DNA of 64,000 nucleotides from Catajapyx aquilonaris (Eukaryota): positions 1 to 64,000 of the forward strand of contig KZ538205.1 in NCBI GenBank assembly GCA_000934665.2, read 5' to 3'. A program made the translations under genes and the position numbers. The notes below the pieces were generated by a model. It ran no database searches and was not told the origin of the DNA. It saw nothing but the letters and a program-made list of their open reading frames with translations. Shown here piece by piece: positions 1-10,800 of this stretch (positions are counted from its first letter, which is position 1; the number at the start of each line of letters is the position of its first letter).

Positions 1-52
1 AGTGGTTGCATTGCAGCATATGTGGAATATGGTGTTCTGAATGTTGGGGGTA

Positions 53-214
53 CAGCGTTGGACATTAATCGAGTCATACTGCTAGCGGCATTTTCCAAAG
101 TGGCAGAAGAACGAATCTTGCTCACATGGCTTGCACTATCCGTATCTTCGATTCGATCATCTACCGCTGTGGAAAATGTCGCTAGCAGTATAACTCGATT
201 AATGTCCAACACTG
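53..214. mobile_element. Tc1/mariner-like MITE (copy 1)
   Basis: Long imperfect TIRs CAGCGTTGGACATTAATCGAG.../...CTCGATTAATGTCCAACACTG, flanked by TA on both sides; a homologous copy lies at 18151-18315. Confidence 0.8.
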
Positions 215-473
215 TACATTGAGACTTCTCACTTTTGTTGGGCTGGGCATTAAAAAAAAATTGAGATTGGAAAGCTGAGTTTTCTGAATTGTTGGGTCCT
301 TTGAAAGGCATTGAATATGCTGCAGGTAACTTACTGAAATTGAATGGGTGCATTTGAAGATTTTCTGGTTTATAGCTTTTGGTGGCCTCTAATAATAGCA
401 ATGGATGTTGAAACTAGTGCTGACGTTGACCGTTAGAGCTGATTGTTGTGAATGTTTCATTTTGGTACTTTAG

Positions 474-1103
474 CAAAGAAGCGTGGGGCTGCTGCTCGTG
501 GCAAGGGAACTGCCCGCCGTGGTGGTAAGAAGGGTGGGGCAGGTGAGGAGAAGTCTGAGCCTGCACGCAAGAAGAAGAAGGGGCAGGATGACAGCAATGA
601 CGAGGCCAGCGAGGCTAAAGAGGCCAAGACTGAGGGAAAGAAGAAGATGCCTCGTGTTGCTGTGGAGCACTGCAAGTCATGACGTGTTTTCCGTAAAAGA
701 GCTCTGGAGCTGGAAGAGGCCCTTAAGGTATGGCTTAATGCATCATACTCTGTACAAACAAAACTAAACAGCTGTCAGAAGTGTTGAACTTCTCTGAATA
801 AACAGTTTTCGTGAACTTGCTGCCGTTAATCACCTTGGTACTCCACTTGAAGTAGGAATTGGGTGCTGTACTGTTAGCTGCAGAGAGGAAAAGTAATGTT
901 TGCTCTTCTTTCAGGCTGAGTTTCCCGAGCTGGAGTGGGTGTACAACAGCAAGCCTCCTCGAAAAGGTGCCTTTGAGTTGGTGCTTAGTAAGGAAGATGG
1001 AGAGGAGGTCTTGTTGTGGTCAGGGATTAAAATGGGTCCACCGCGTAAAGAGAAGTTCCCTGAACCTGATGTGGTTAGGAGTGCCCTCAAGAAAGGGCTT
1101 TAA
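474..1103 (+). CDS. SELENOH: Selenoprotein H (SelH/SELENOH, BthD-like; thioredoxin-like Rdx family), 5'-partial, with UGA at 680-682 read as selenocysteine
   Basis: Exon 474-727 (acceptor TTTAG at 469-473, phase 1; donor AAG|GTATGG) and exon 915-1103 (TTTCAG acceptor; TAA stop). Translation through the TGA gives a K/R/G-rich N-terminus, then RVAVEHCKS-U-RVFRKRALELEEALK|AEFPELEWVYNSKPPRKGAFELVLSKEDGEEVLLWSGIKMGPPRKEKFPEP. CxxU, PRxGxFE and LWxGIKxGPPRKxKFPEP are the SelH family hallmarks. The first coding exon is presumably upstream of the window. Confidence 0.93.
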
Positions 1104-1470
1104 GAATCTTTGTTTCCCTCCAATTTTTTAAAAAGTTACTTGAGTTTTCAACTTTTTCATTTTTCTTTTTCTATTTTTTAGAGGTAATCTCAGTGGCACT
1201 CCTAACCACCTTCAGATTCAGCTGAAGTATTGATTTTTTTTCCTCTTTCGTCAATTGTCATTGTTTCGTTCAACACATTGCGCTTTTATCATGTATCAAG
1301 TTGTCACATAAAGAGTGGCTAACCAGCCTGTGCTCATAATTTTGTTGGTTTTTTTGTGCGTTCATGTTATGGAGGCTGCTGTTACTGTTCCATGCAAACT
1401 ACAATATTTTATCTTCGGGGGATCAATTATGCTCTACAAATATATCTATTTTTAAATGTGGTATCCAGCT

Positions 1471-1553
1471 GGGCGTTTGTGAAAACATGATTGTTGAGGG
1501 GAAAAGGGACTAATTTGATCCCGGCCCTCAACAGGAAGAATATCCAAATGCTC
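1471..1553 (+). promoter_or_regulatory. Eukaryotic SECIS element (form II) in the SelH 3'UTR
   Basis: Helix I: GGGCGTTTG (1471-1479) with CAAATGCTC (1545-1553). Core quartet: ATGAT (1487-1491) with GGAA (1534-1537). Helix II: TGTTGAGGG (1492-1500) with CCCTCAACA (1525-1533), perfectly paired. Unpaired AAAA (1502-1505). Apical mini-stem GGGA (1506-1509) with TCCC (1519-1522). Confidence 0.9.
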
Positions 1554-2202
1554 CATGACACTTGATACCACATAATGAGGGGACTAGAAATACTGTTGCA
1601 GATACACTTGAAACCCACCTGCAGGAAACGGGGGCCAGGAGCACATGTGAAATTTTAGGAATCATCAGATTGAGTGAGAAAACCCACATTTTTTGGCCTA
1701 CAAGTACCTATGAAGTTGGTTTCATGTGAATATGCTTCAGGATGCTAGTTCTCTCTCTCATCTTTTTATCATGTAAAACCTCCCCAGTCGTTGACATGGT
1801 GACCCCGTTTGGCCCAGTTATGATTATATCATTTTGGTCGATAATGGCTGTGGATACTGCAGACTCAGGCTTGAGTTCTGCCACGGGGATTGTAATACCC
1901 AATAAAGTTGTACCTGAGGTACCAGTGTTTATTCATGAAATGATAGGTCTCAAGCTGTGGTTCCCAACTGGGCTAAGAAAAAGAATCACTCAACTTGGAA
2001 CAGTGTAATTTCCATTTCAAAATAAGTACAATTTCATCACAAAAGGCAACGAATTTCACAACCGCTTATAAAATATAGATTGTGTGCAAACTTGGAATGC
2101 ATGATCTCAACTGGAATATTTTCTGACACAACATGGTTACAGCTTTGGAATAATGAGATACAAGTGTAAGCTGGAATGGTTGGCTTTGACCTGAAACATG
2201 CT

Positions 2203-5200
2203 TCACACTTGGTACGTAGTTGAGGACACGTTTCCTCCATGGCCAGTCCAGTTGGTGTGCACAAATTTTCCAGGGTTTGACAGCAGCTCGTATGTGTGGG
2301 CACCAAAGTAATCTCGTTGTGCCTGAAATGGGAATATGTCCAATGAGATTGCTTCCAAGTGTCGATGAAGTCGAATCATACCTGGATTAGGTTGGCTGGA
2401 AGTCTGTCTAAACGGAATCCATCATAAAAGGCCAGAGCAGTGCTGAAGGCCGGAGTTGGAATCCCCACCTGAACGGCCGTGGCTAGCACATGACGCCATG
2501 ATTCCTGGCAGTTAGCAACTGCCTTCTGGAAGAATTCGTCGAGTAAGAGGTTGCTCAGAGATGGGTTCTTGTCAAATGCAGACTTGATGTTGCCCAAGAA
2601 AGCGCTGTAAGATAGTAGCAATTTGCATCAGTTGGTTCAGCCCATTGGATAATTCAGGACAGTAAAAGTCAATAACCTAATCATTCAAACTTAGATTTTC
2701 TACCTTCGAATGATGCATCCACCTCGCCACATAAGAGCGATTCCACCGTAGTTCAGGTTCCAAGAATGGATTTTGGCAGCTTCACGCATCAGCATAAAGC
2801 CCTGGGCATAGGAGATGATCTTGGATGCATAGAGTGCCTGGAAATTCCAAACCCATTGTTAGGCAACCGCTTTGGATGTTGTAATAGCTGTATTATTAGC
2901 TGACCTTTCTAATGTGCTCTATGAAGGCCTTTTTGTCCCCCGAGTATTTGTACACTGGCCCCTTGAGGACTTTGCTGGCCTTTTCACGCTCTTCCTTCAG
3001 AGATGACAGACAGCGGGAGAAGACAGCTTCTCCGATCAGGGTTACTGGGATCCCATAGTCAAGGGCGGAGATGGCGGTCCACTTCCCTGTGCCCTTCTGC
3101 CCAGCCGAGTCTCGTATTTTCTCAACCAGAAACTGGCCTGCAAAGTGACAAACACTTCCTTATTTTGAGGCACGTGGCACATGTCCCAGTCAATTCACTA
3201 CATCCTGCTCTTTCCTGGGATAAGATCTGTGAACTATAAATCTGTCAAAGTAATAGCGGAAAATTACCATTGTATTGTTCATTTGCAATTTTGATACGCT
3301 GTCAAAACAATTTGATTGATGCCATTCAGTAGCTGATGATCCTGACACTGTAAATGCTATTGTGTTTGAAAGAATTCTAGCCATTTCCTTTTCTGCTTTT
3401 ACTTTTTGAGCTCAGTTGTCAGTTTTTTTTTGTCAGCCAATCAATCAGGATCAGTGTACTCACCATCGGTGTCCTTGTAGCGCAAGATATCAGCCGTAAT
3501 CTCGATCAGGAAGGAATCCAGCTCCCCCTTGTTCCACTCTTGAAAGACTGAGCTCATCTCGTCATTCCCAAGTCCCAGAACTCCCTTCATCAGGTGGTAT
3601 GCCTCACATATCAGCTGCATGTCTCCGTACTCAATCCCGTTGTGGACCATCTTCACAAAGTGTCCTGCTCCATCCTCGCCAACCCAATCGCAGCATGGCT
3701 CCCCATCCACCTTTGCCGCTATGGACTAAAATGCATCATGCATCAGCACTAATGAATACAATGGGAATGACCTTGTTACTGTGACAGTATTTAGGGAGTA
3801 AATTACCTGGAAGATGTTCTTGATGGCACTCCATGCTTGGGGATTCCCTCCTGGCATGAGGGAAGGACCATATCGTGCTCCCTCTTCCCCTCCGGAAACA
3901 CCTGACCCAACAAACAATATACCCTGTTTTTCCAGCGCCTTGCACCTTCGTTGCGAGTCCTGGTACTCGGAGTTGCCTCCATCTATTATAATGTCTCCTT
4001 TCGACAAGAGAGGCACCAGCTGGTCGATGAAATCATCCACTGCCTGTCCAGCTGTTCAAATGAATGTGTGCCATATAAATTACTGCCGTTACAATACAAA
4101 TTAGTGGCGTTCATACCTTTGACAAGCAGCATGACACGACGAGGCTTCTTCAGCTTGGAGACCATTTCCTGGAGGCTATGGGCTCCAACTACTTTGGTTC
4201 CCTTGGCTTCGTTGGCCAGAAAGTGGTCCACCTTTGAGATGGTACGGTTGTAAGCACACACCACAAAGCCATGGTCATTCATGTTGAGGATCAGATTCTG
4301 GCCCATCACTGCCAGCCCAATCAGGGCAATGTCCGCTCTGAAATAGCAGCCACATGGTTTAAAAATTTTCCAATGGGAATAAAAAAATCCATTGCCCACT
4401 TGTTTCGACTCACTTAAACTCCTCCTGCTCCACCTTGTTTCCGCAAGGTTTGTTCCCCATGATTGCCACGATACACCTATTTGCCTGCACTAGTGTTAAG
4501 TCGGAGGGAGTTGAACCATGGTCGCAGAGAGATGGTCTGAGTGAAACTGACTACACGTTCCCTTCCTTTTTGGAAGCCTGCACAGTTACGCTTTCCGCTC
4601 CCTGCCTTGTCCCTTTTTTCTCTTGGCTAGTTAGTCCTTGACTGGCATATATGTGGCCACTTCTCTTCTAAAAGTCCTGTGCACCACTTTCCAGACCCAC
4701 TTTATGCCCCCCTTTTTTTGTTGCCTATTATCCTCCCTTACCCCAACTACCATTGATTGCTTCTGTAGGTCCTGAATTTTTTAAGAGGTTGTCAGTCAGT
4801 TGTGGAACATGATTTCGTCTAATCAATGGGTTCAGCCTATGTTCCAGTCATTTGTTCTCATTCCTGAACAAAAGCACCTGACTTTTTCATGCGCTTTATG
4901 AAAACTTTTACAGTTGTGAATTCTACTGGGCATGTGTTGTTACATATGCTTCAACAATGTTGACTCGAAACAAATTAAGTGCACCGAATCATAGCACAAT
5001 ATATTTAATTGCCGTCTCAAATTTTCTACTCGTACAAAGCATGGGTATGTAAATTCCTGCCATAAATCCTCTCAGGCATGAGGAAGCATATTGCTAGTGA
5101 AAAGGAAACGGCATGTTGGTCACGAAGCAGGAAAAACGATAAGGGTATGGGAGATATGGTTTAATACACAATCTTACATGCTTTAACGATGAAATGACAC

Positions 5201-6300
5201 AACCAGACACAAAGCAGTCATAATGTGTCAGATATAAAAAATATATATATCAGATTTTCGGTTATAGTTTGCTCCAGCAACCAGCTTAGAAATGAAGCAA
5301 CCTGCTGTTGCCTTTTTTCTCTAAACCGGTTGCTGGAGCAAACAATCCTCCACCCGATTGTCCTGGATATAATGTCCGGCCCCAATAATAAAAGGTCGTC
5401 GATTACAGGCGTGATTGCATTGAGCAATTTGTCGAATGAAAGTATGATAGCCGGCGTGATATAATCTCGTAATATATAAGTGACGACCTCATGGCAAACC
5501 CAATCCTCCTTTCACATGCGCTATTCACGGGGGTAAGTCAGTGGGTTAGTTGCACAACACTCTCCCCTTGCAGCATATCATGACGAAATTTTCTTGTGTT
5601 GACTCAAGGCCGGGCAGGCAGGTAATTCGTCAACGCCGAAATGTACTGGGAATAATGGGAGAAACTCAAGCCGATTTCCGCATATCCGAAAAACACCGCG
5701 ACATGTTTCGCCGATTGTGACTTGGAGTGTGCGCATTTCAGATAAAATATTAATCAATGCGGCGTACATTTTTTGCCACGAATATTATTTTAATAAGCAA
5801 TTAGTATAGGACGTAGCATCAGTTACGTTCGTTCTTACGTAGTATAATTTACACGTAACAAAAATTAGGGGGGTGTATTGAACCTCAAGGCTGCATGAAT
5901 GACGCAAAAGGAAACGGTTTTATGGGGTTTCCTGAACAGGATATACATATTTCAATCCATATTTGCATGATTGGAATGGGTGCGGTCCACCAGGATGCGT
6001 ATCTCCTATAGTGAAAAATAAAGTTCATCGTCCCTTATGAGGATATGCACATTAGTGATTGGAAGCAATCAATAAACGTGCAGGGACACAACCTTGACCA
6101 AAAACCTGTTACATAACCACCCAGTTTTTTATACAGCTATACAAGGACATTGCAGCTTTGGGCTTTAAAAAAAAAATCCCCACCTGACATTACTAATTAC
6201 ATCCGCGTAATATTAATCCGATGACGCGGCATTGATCAATACAATTCGTCCTTGTACATACGACCTGGGATGAAAAAAATGGTACTCACGTCTCTGCCAT
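2203..6300 (-). CDS. Pgd: 6-phosphogluconate dehydrogenase, decarboxylating (482 aa)
   Basis: Exons (minus): 6300-6290, 4337-4117, 4051-3807, 3725-3464, 3137-2905, 2837-2704, 2604-2382, 2322-2203. All introns are GT-AG and phases are consistent; total 1449 nt. Motifs: [15 protein letters not shown] (NADP binding), [57 protein letters not shown]. Confidence 0.96.
4414..4460 (-). CDS. Candidate alternative first coding exon of Pgd ([16 protein letters not shown])
   Basis: ATG in good context (gcaatcATGG), 47 nt open frame ending TTT AA|GTGAGT (consensus donor at 4413-4408). The phase-2 end matches the exon-2 acceptor at 4337, giving a 76-nt intron similar in size to the gene's other short introns. 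Confidence 0.55.
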
Positions 6301-7872
6301 TGCAAAATCTGGATAATGTTGTACAAGCAGGTCAAACCAGTCTGATGGCAAATTCGCGAATGCTGCAAAAGATGTATCAGCAACCGGCAGCCAGTTCAGA
6401 GCCCCTCCTCCTCCAGCACTCTTGGAAATAACAGACACACACACACATATGGAGGCCACTCACTGCTCATTCACACAGTCTATCACGTTCGAGGGCCGTG
6501 AGTGATGCATGTGGGGGAAATTACAAGGACAAGTTCATGGTTAAATTATTACAGAAGGCAGCAGTTCACATAAACTATCTGCTTTATTTCTCGTTGGTGG
6601 AAGAAGAATAAGGCAGTTTTTTTACTGTTGTGTGCCAGACAAATGGGGTGGTTGGTGACTGGCACCCCAAAAGTCTCTTACATCATTGCGGGGGTCGCAA
6701 AAAACTAATCCGCATTATTATTGTCTGCTTCGTCTAATCACATGGACTAAATTGTGGTTCAAGGGGACAGACAGTTGAGGTGATTATTTTTGTGAGGCAG
6801 GACTACACATGGCTATTGTCACGTTTTTCCATACACCAGTTTTTCCTATTCACACTCCCATGCACACTGCAGCACCCTTTTCCTGTTTGACATTGCTCCA
6901 TACGCATATTCCAGGTCGTGCGATTTTTTTTAAATAATATAAATACATTGGCTATTTACAAGTTGCTGAGAATAGTTCGCAGTTGTGCAGTGGTTTGCTC
7001 TTTTGAGGTTGTAGAGTAGGGTGTGAGGAACTGCTGACTAAGTACATCGCATCTATTTTGTGCAAATACTCGACACACACTGCTTGTACAACTTTTAAAA
7101 TTATTTATTACAGACTCCCTGACTAAGGCCAAAGTGCGCAGCTAGCTTTTTGTTTTGTCACGCTGACTGGGAAGCCCCTGTTGACTGGACCAGGTCGCCA
7201 TTGAGACAATGCCCAGCCACAGGGCCGCAATTACTGCAGTCACACTATTGCACAGCAGTGCACACAATGGCCAATAACTGGGTGGGAACTCAAGTTGGCA
7301 AGGTCGAAATAGGAAACAAGGACAGGGGTAAGCAGTTCTGGGGAAGATGATGAGAGCGAGGTGCAACAGAATTGGAAGGATAAAACAACTGTTAAAATAT
7401 CTTTTCATACTTGAAACAAAAAGAGAGAAAATATAGTCCTATCTATTTACACAACACACACACAAACACACAAAAAACATGGAGCCTCCTGATGCAAATG
7501 CGCCCTGGGACAAGAAAACAAGATTCTTCCTCTGTGAATAATTTAGCTGAATAGCCCTCCTAATACTGCACATTGAGCTATACACAACCTACGAGGCACA
7601 TCCAGACTCTCTTTTAGGAGGGGGGTGAAAATGGGAGAAGTGTTTGCTGGAAAATGTGAAACATCTAAACTGGTAGCATTTCAAACGCTCGCTATTCACA
7701 CTAGCAGACTGAACCCCACCACAACTTCCGTTTATTTTGAAGACTCTTTTGTGTGTGTAGCTGTTAAAATTGCATTGCTGCCAAAGTCTGTCCTCTTGGT
7801 GCATTTGTGATAGTTTGAGGGTAGATGGTGGCTTGGGGTCTTGGTATTGTTTTTGTTTAATAGTTAACTTCT

Positions 7873-10800
7873 TCACTTTTTCGCTACGAGCTTCATCAGC
7901 CCCTCGGTTGACATAGACTTGGGTCGCTCTATGGCCAGTCCCAGAGCACGGGCCCAGATCAAGGAGGCCATTGTGCCCAGGGCTCGAGATACACCAAACA
8001 GCACGGTGTAGTAGGTCATCTCCTTCATTCCATAATACTGCAAGTATTAAAAATGGCTGTCAGAATCAAACTCTCATCTTAAAAATTAAAAAAAAAAAGA
8101 AATTGTTGCTTTAAATCTCTTCTGGGGTCACAAGTCATTCATATGTATCATACCATATCATCATCATATTCAATATATTATGCAATGCTTGTGACGTTGA
8201 TTTTTAATCAGTGCAGAGTGCACCTTTCGATGGAGATTTTACAAGCAGTTCAATTATCTAGATAAGATTCAGTTTGTATTTCAATGCTTTCAGGTCAGAA
8301 ATGGTTCACCAGCATGACACCAGTATAGTGTACTCCATATAAACCCATGTGATTATTTCCTATGACCACAAGTTAAGGAGTGCTGTCCTCAATGATCCTA
8401 GACTACTCTCTTCAGTAGAACTATGGATTTTCATACACAAGGGTATTGCCTCCTACTGTCCATGTGGCAGTGCCTCTACTACAGTGCGGAAAACGAGATT
8501 TGACGTCATCATTTTGTTCTCCGGTTTTCACGGAGATGCCCTCACGCAACAATAGGAGTAAGCAGTGTCAATGTTTATGCTTATTGTTTCATGAGGGCAT
8601 CTCCATAGAAACAGGAAAACAAAACGATGACGTCAAATAGTTCTTCATATTCTGCACTGTAGCTTGATTTTTTAAAAACATATTCGGGACTAAATGCCTC
8701 TCCTCTGGTGCAATTTGAGTGCAGGACACAAAAACAACTAACCTGAATCCAGCAAATGTTAGAGGTCATTAAAATTTGCCAACATTTATGGGAGGGGAGC
8801 AAAAATTCTTCCTGTCCTTCAAGCATGGACAATCATTCAAATTTAAAGCCAGGCTCTACAATTTCATGCCATAGTCCTTGATAGTTATGTTTCCTGCTGG
8901 GGCAACCAATAATCTGACCTTGACTCTTCTACCATCCTCCCTCACTAATGAAAAGGCACCCCAACTGACCTGCAGGAGCACCCCAGAGTGTGCGTCCACG
9001 TTGGGCCATGGGTTCTTGACCTTCCCTGTCTCCATGAGGACGGGTGGCACCACCTTGTAAACCTGGGCCACCAGCTTGAACAGCTTGTCATTGGGCAGAT
9101 GCTTCTGAGCAAACTCTGCCTGGCAGGTGTACCTTGGGTCGGTCTTTCGCAGGACAGCATGACCATATCCAGGGATGACTTGGCCCGACTTCAGAGTCTT
9201 CCACACGTACTCCTTCAGCTGGTCATCGCTCACCTCACCACCTAGGTCTTTCTGCATCTTGGTGAGAAACACTAGCACCTCCTGGTTGGCTAGGCCATGC
9301 AGTGGTCCAGCCAGCCCATTCATGCCAGCAGCAAATGACAGGTATGGGTCTGACAGGGCAGAGCCAACCAAGTGAACAGTGTGGGCAGAGACATTGCCAC
9401 CTTCATGGTCACTATGAATGGTCAGGTACAGGCGCATGAGCTCTGTGAACTCCTCTGAATCATAGCCCAACATCCGGCAAAAGTTGGCTGACCAATCCTT
9501 AGCCGGGTCGATGGCTCCAATGCTGGAGCCGTCTCGGTACAAGTTTCGGTAGATGGTGGCTGCAACAGTGGGCAGCTTGGCAATCAGGTCCATCGAGTCT
9601 TCGTAGCAGGACTCCCAGTACTTGGTCTTGTGGATGCCCTCACTATATGCACGGGCAAAGCGAGACTCACTGTTGAGGGCAGTGATGGCTGCACTGAACT
9701 GAGACATTGGATGCAGGTTTGAGGGGAAGTTGTTCAGCATGGTGACAACATGAGCAGGGAGATGAGCACGGTCTGCCCACTGCTTCGACACCCACTTCAC
9801 CTACAAATTCATGGGAGAGAGGGAGAGAAAATTGTTGATTACATTCAGAAGTTGACACCATTGATACTGAATGTCATGATTCTCTTTCAATGCTGAGACT
9901 TGCCAGGATGTGGGATTAAAACCTGTCTTATTTGGGCATCTAAGTGCATCACACAGTTATCACCTGCCATGCCAATTAATAACTGCATTAGTTACAGCAG
10001 AGTCTCCTGACAACAGTGATTAGTTAAGCCCGTTTCATAAATAAACTCTGCGACGGCGATCTGCTGTGGGTCGCAGATCTGGCTTGACCGTCGCGCGTCC
10101 GTCCAATTCATAAATAAATTCAGGCGCGACGGTCGCTGGAACTCATCGCGTCGCACCACATCCGGCCGGTTTGATATTGAATGTGCGTCGGGACTCATCG
10201 CAGGAGCTGGAGCCAATGGGAGAAGCAGGATGGAGTCACGTGACAGCGCGCCGCGCACGCCTCGTCGCGCATCCGTTTTTTTATATGAATTGAACACGCG
10301 ACCCATCGCCACATTCCAACGCAGCGGCAGCATGCGGCATTCATCGCCGCATTCTGTCGCTGCTGCCGGATCGCGCGATCATTTATTTATGAAACAGGCT
10401 TTATGATGTGTGTTACAATGCACAAATATTCAAAATTTGTGCTACAGGTATCTGACATCCTTGCAAGTAGGACATGCACTAGGTTAGGAAAGAACTTAAT
10501 CCCTTTCAGTTGATTATTATTGGCCTACCCCGAACATGAAGTTTATGTATGCCCAGATTGCTCGAGGGGAAATAAAAAGTAACAATTTTATTTTTCAATA
10601 AAGTCGTGCTGTGATATGGCCCAATCTCGGCTGATTTCTTTTGTTGTAATCCAAGTTTTGTTACTGAAGCAGGGAGCATATACTACATAAGAGGCGCAAA
10701 CATTCGATTTTTTTCGTCTCTCTGTTTATCGCGTTGCCAAGGCTGGCGGCCATCTTGAAGTGTGTGGTATGTCAAAGAGGTATAAATAGGGTACAGGCAG

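Noticed and set aside
317..331. ATG CTG CAG|GTAAC as the SelH first exon
   Set aside because: The donor is phase 0 but the 474 exon needs phase 1; joining them shifts the frame.
452..682. 76-aa ORF ending at TGA as a standalone protein
   Set aside because: Its ATG lies in the acceptor pyrimidine tract and the TGA is the Sec codon of SelH; it is part of the spliced gene.
8856..8969. Citrate synthase ORF running into the intron and ending DYGMKL, resembling the next exon start (YYGMKE) and a PTS1
   Set aside because: It would delete the conserved C-terminal exon, MKL is not a standard PTS1, and the similarity is too short to distinguish from chance.
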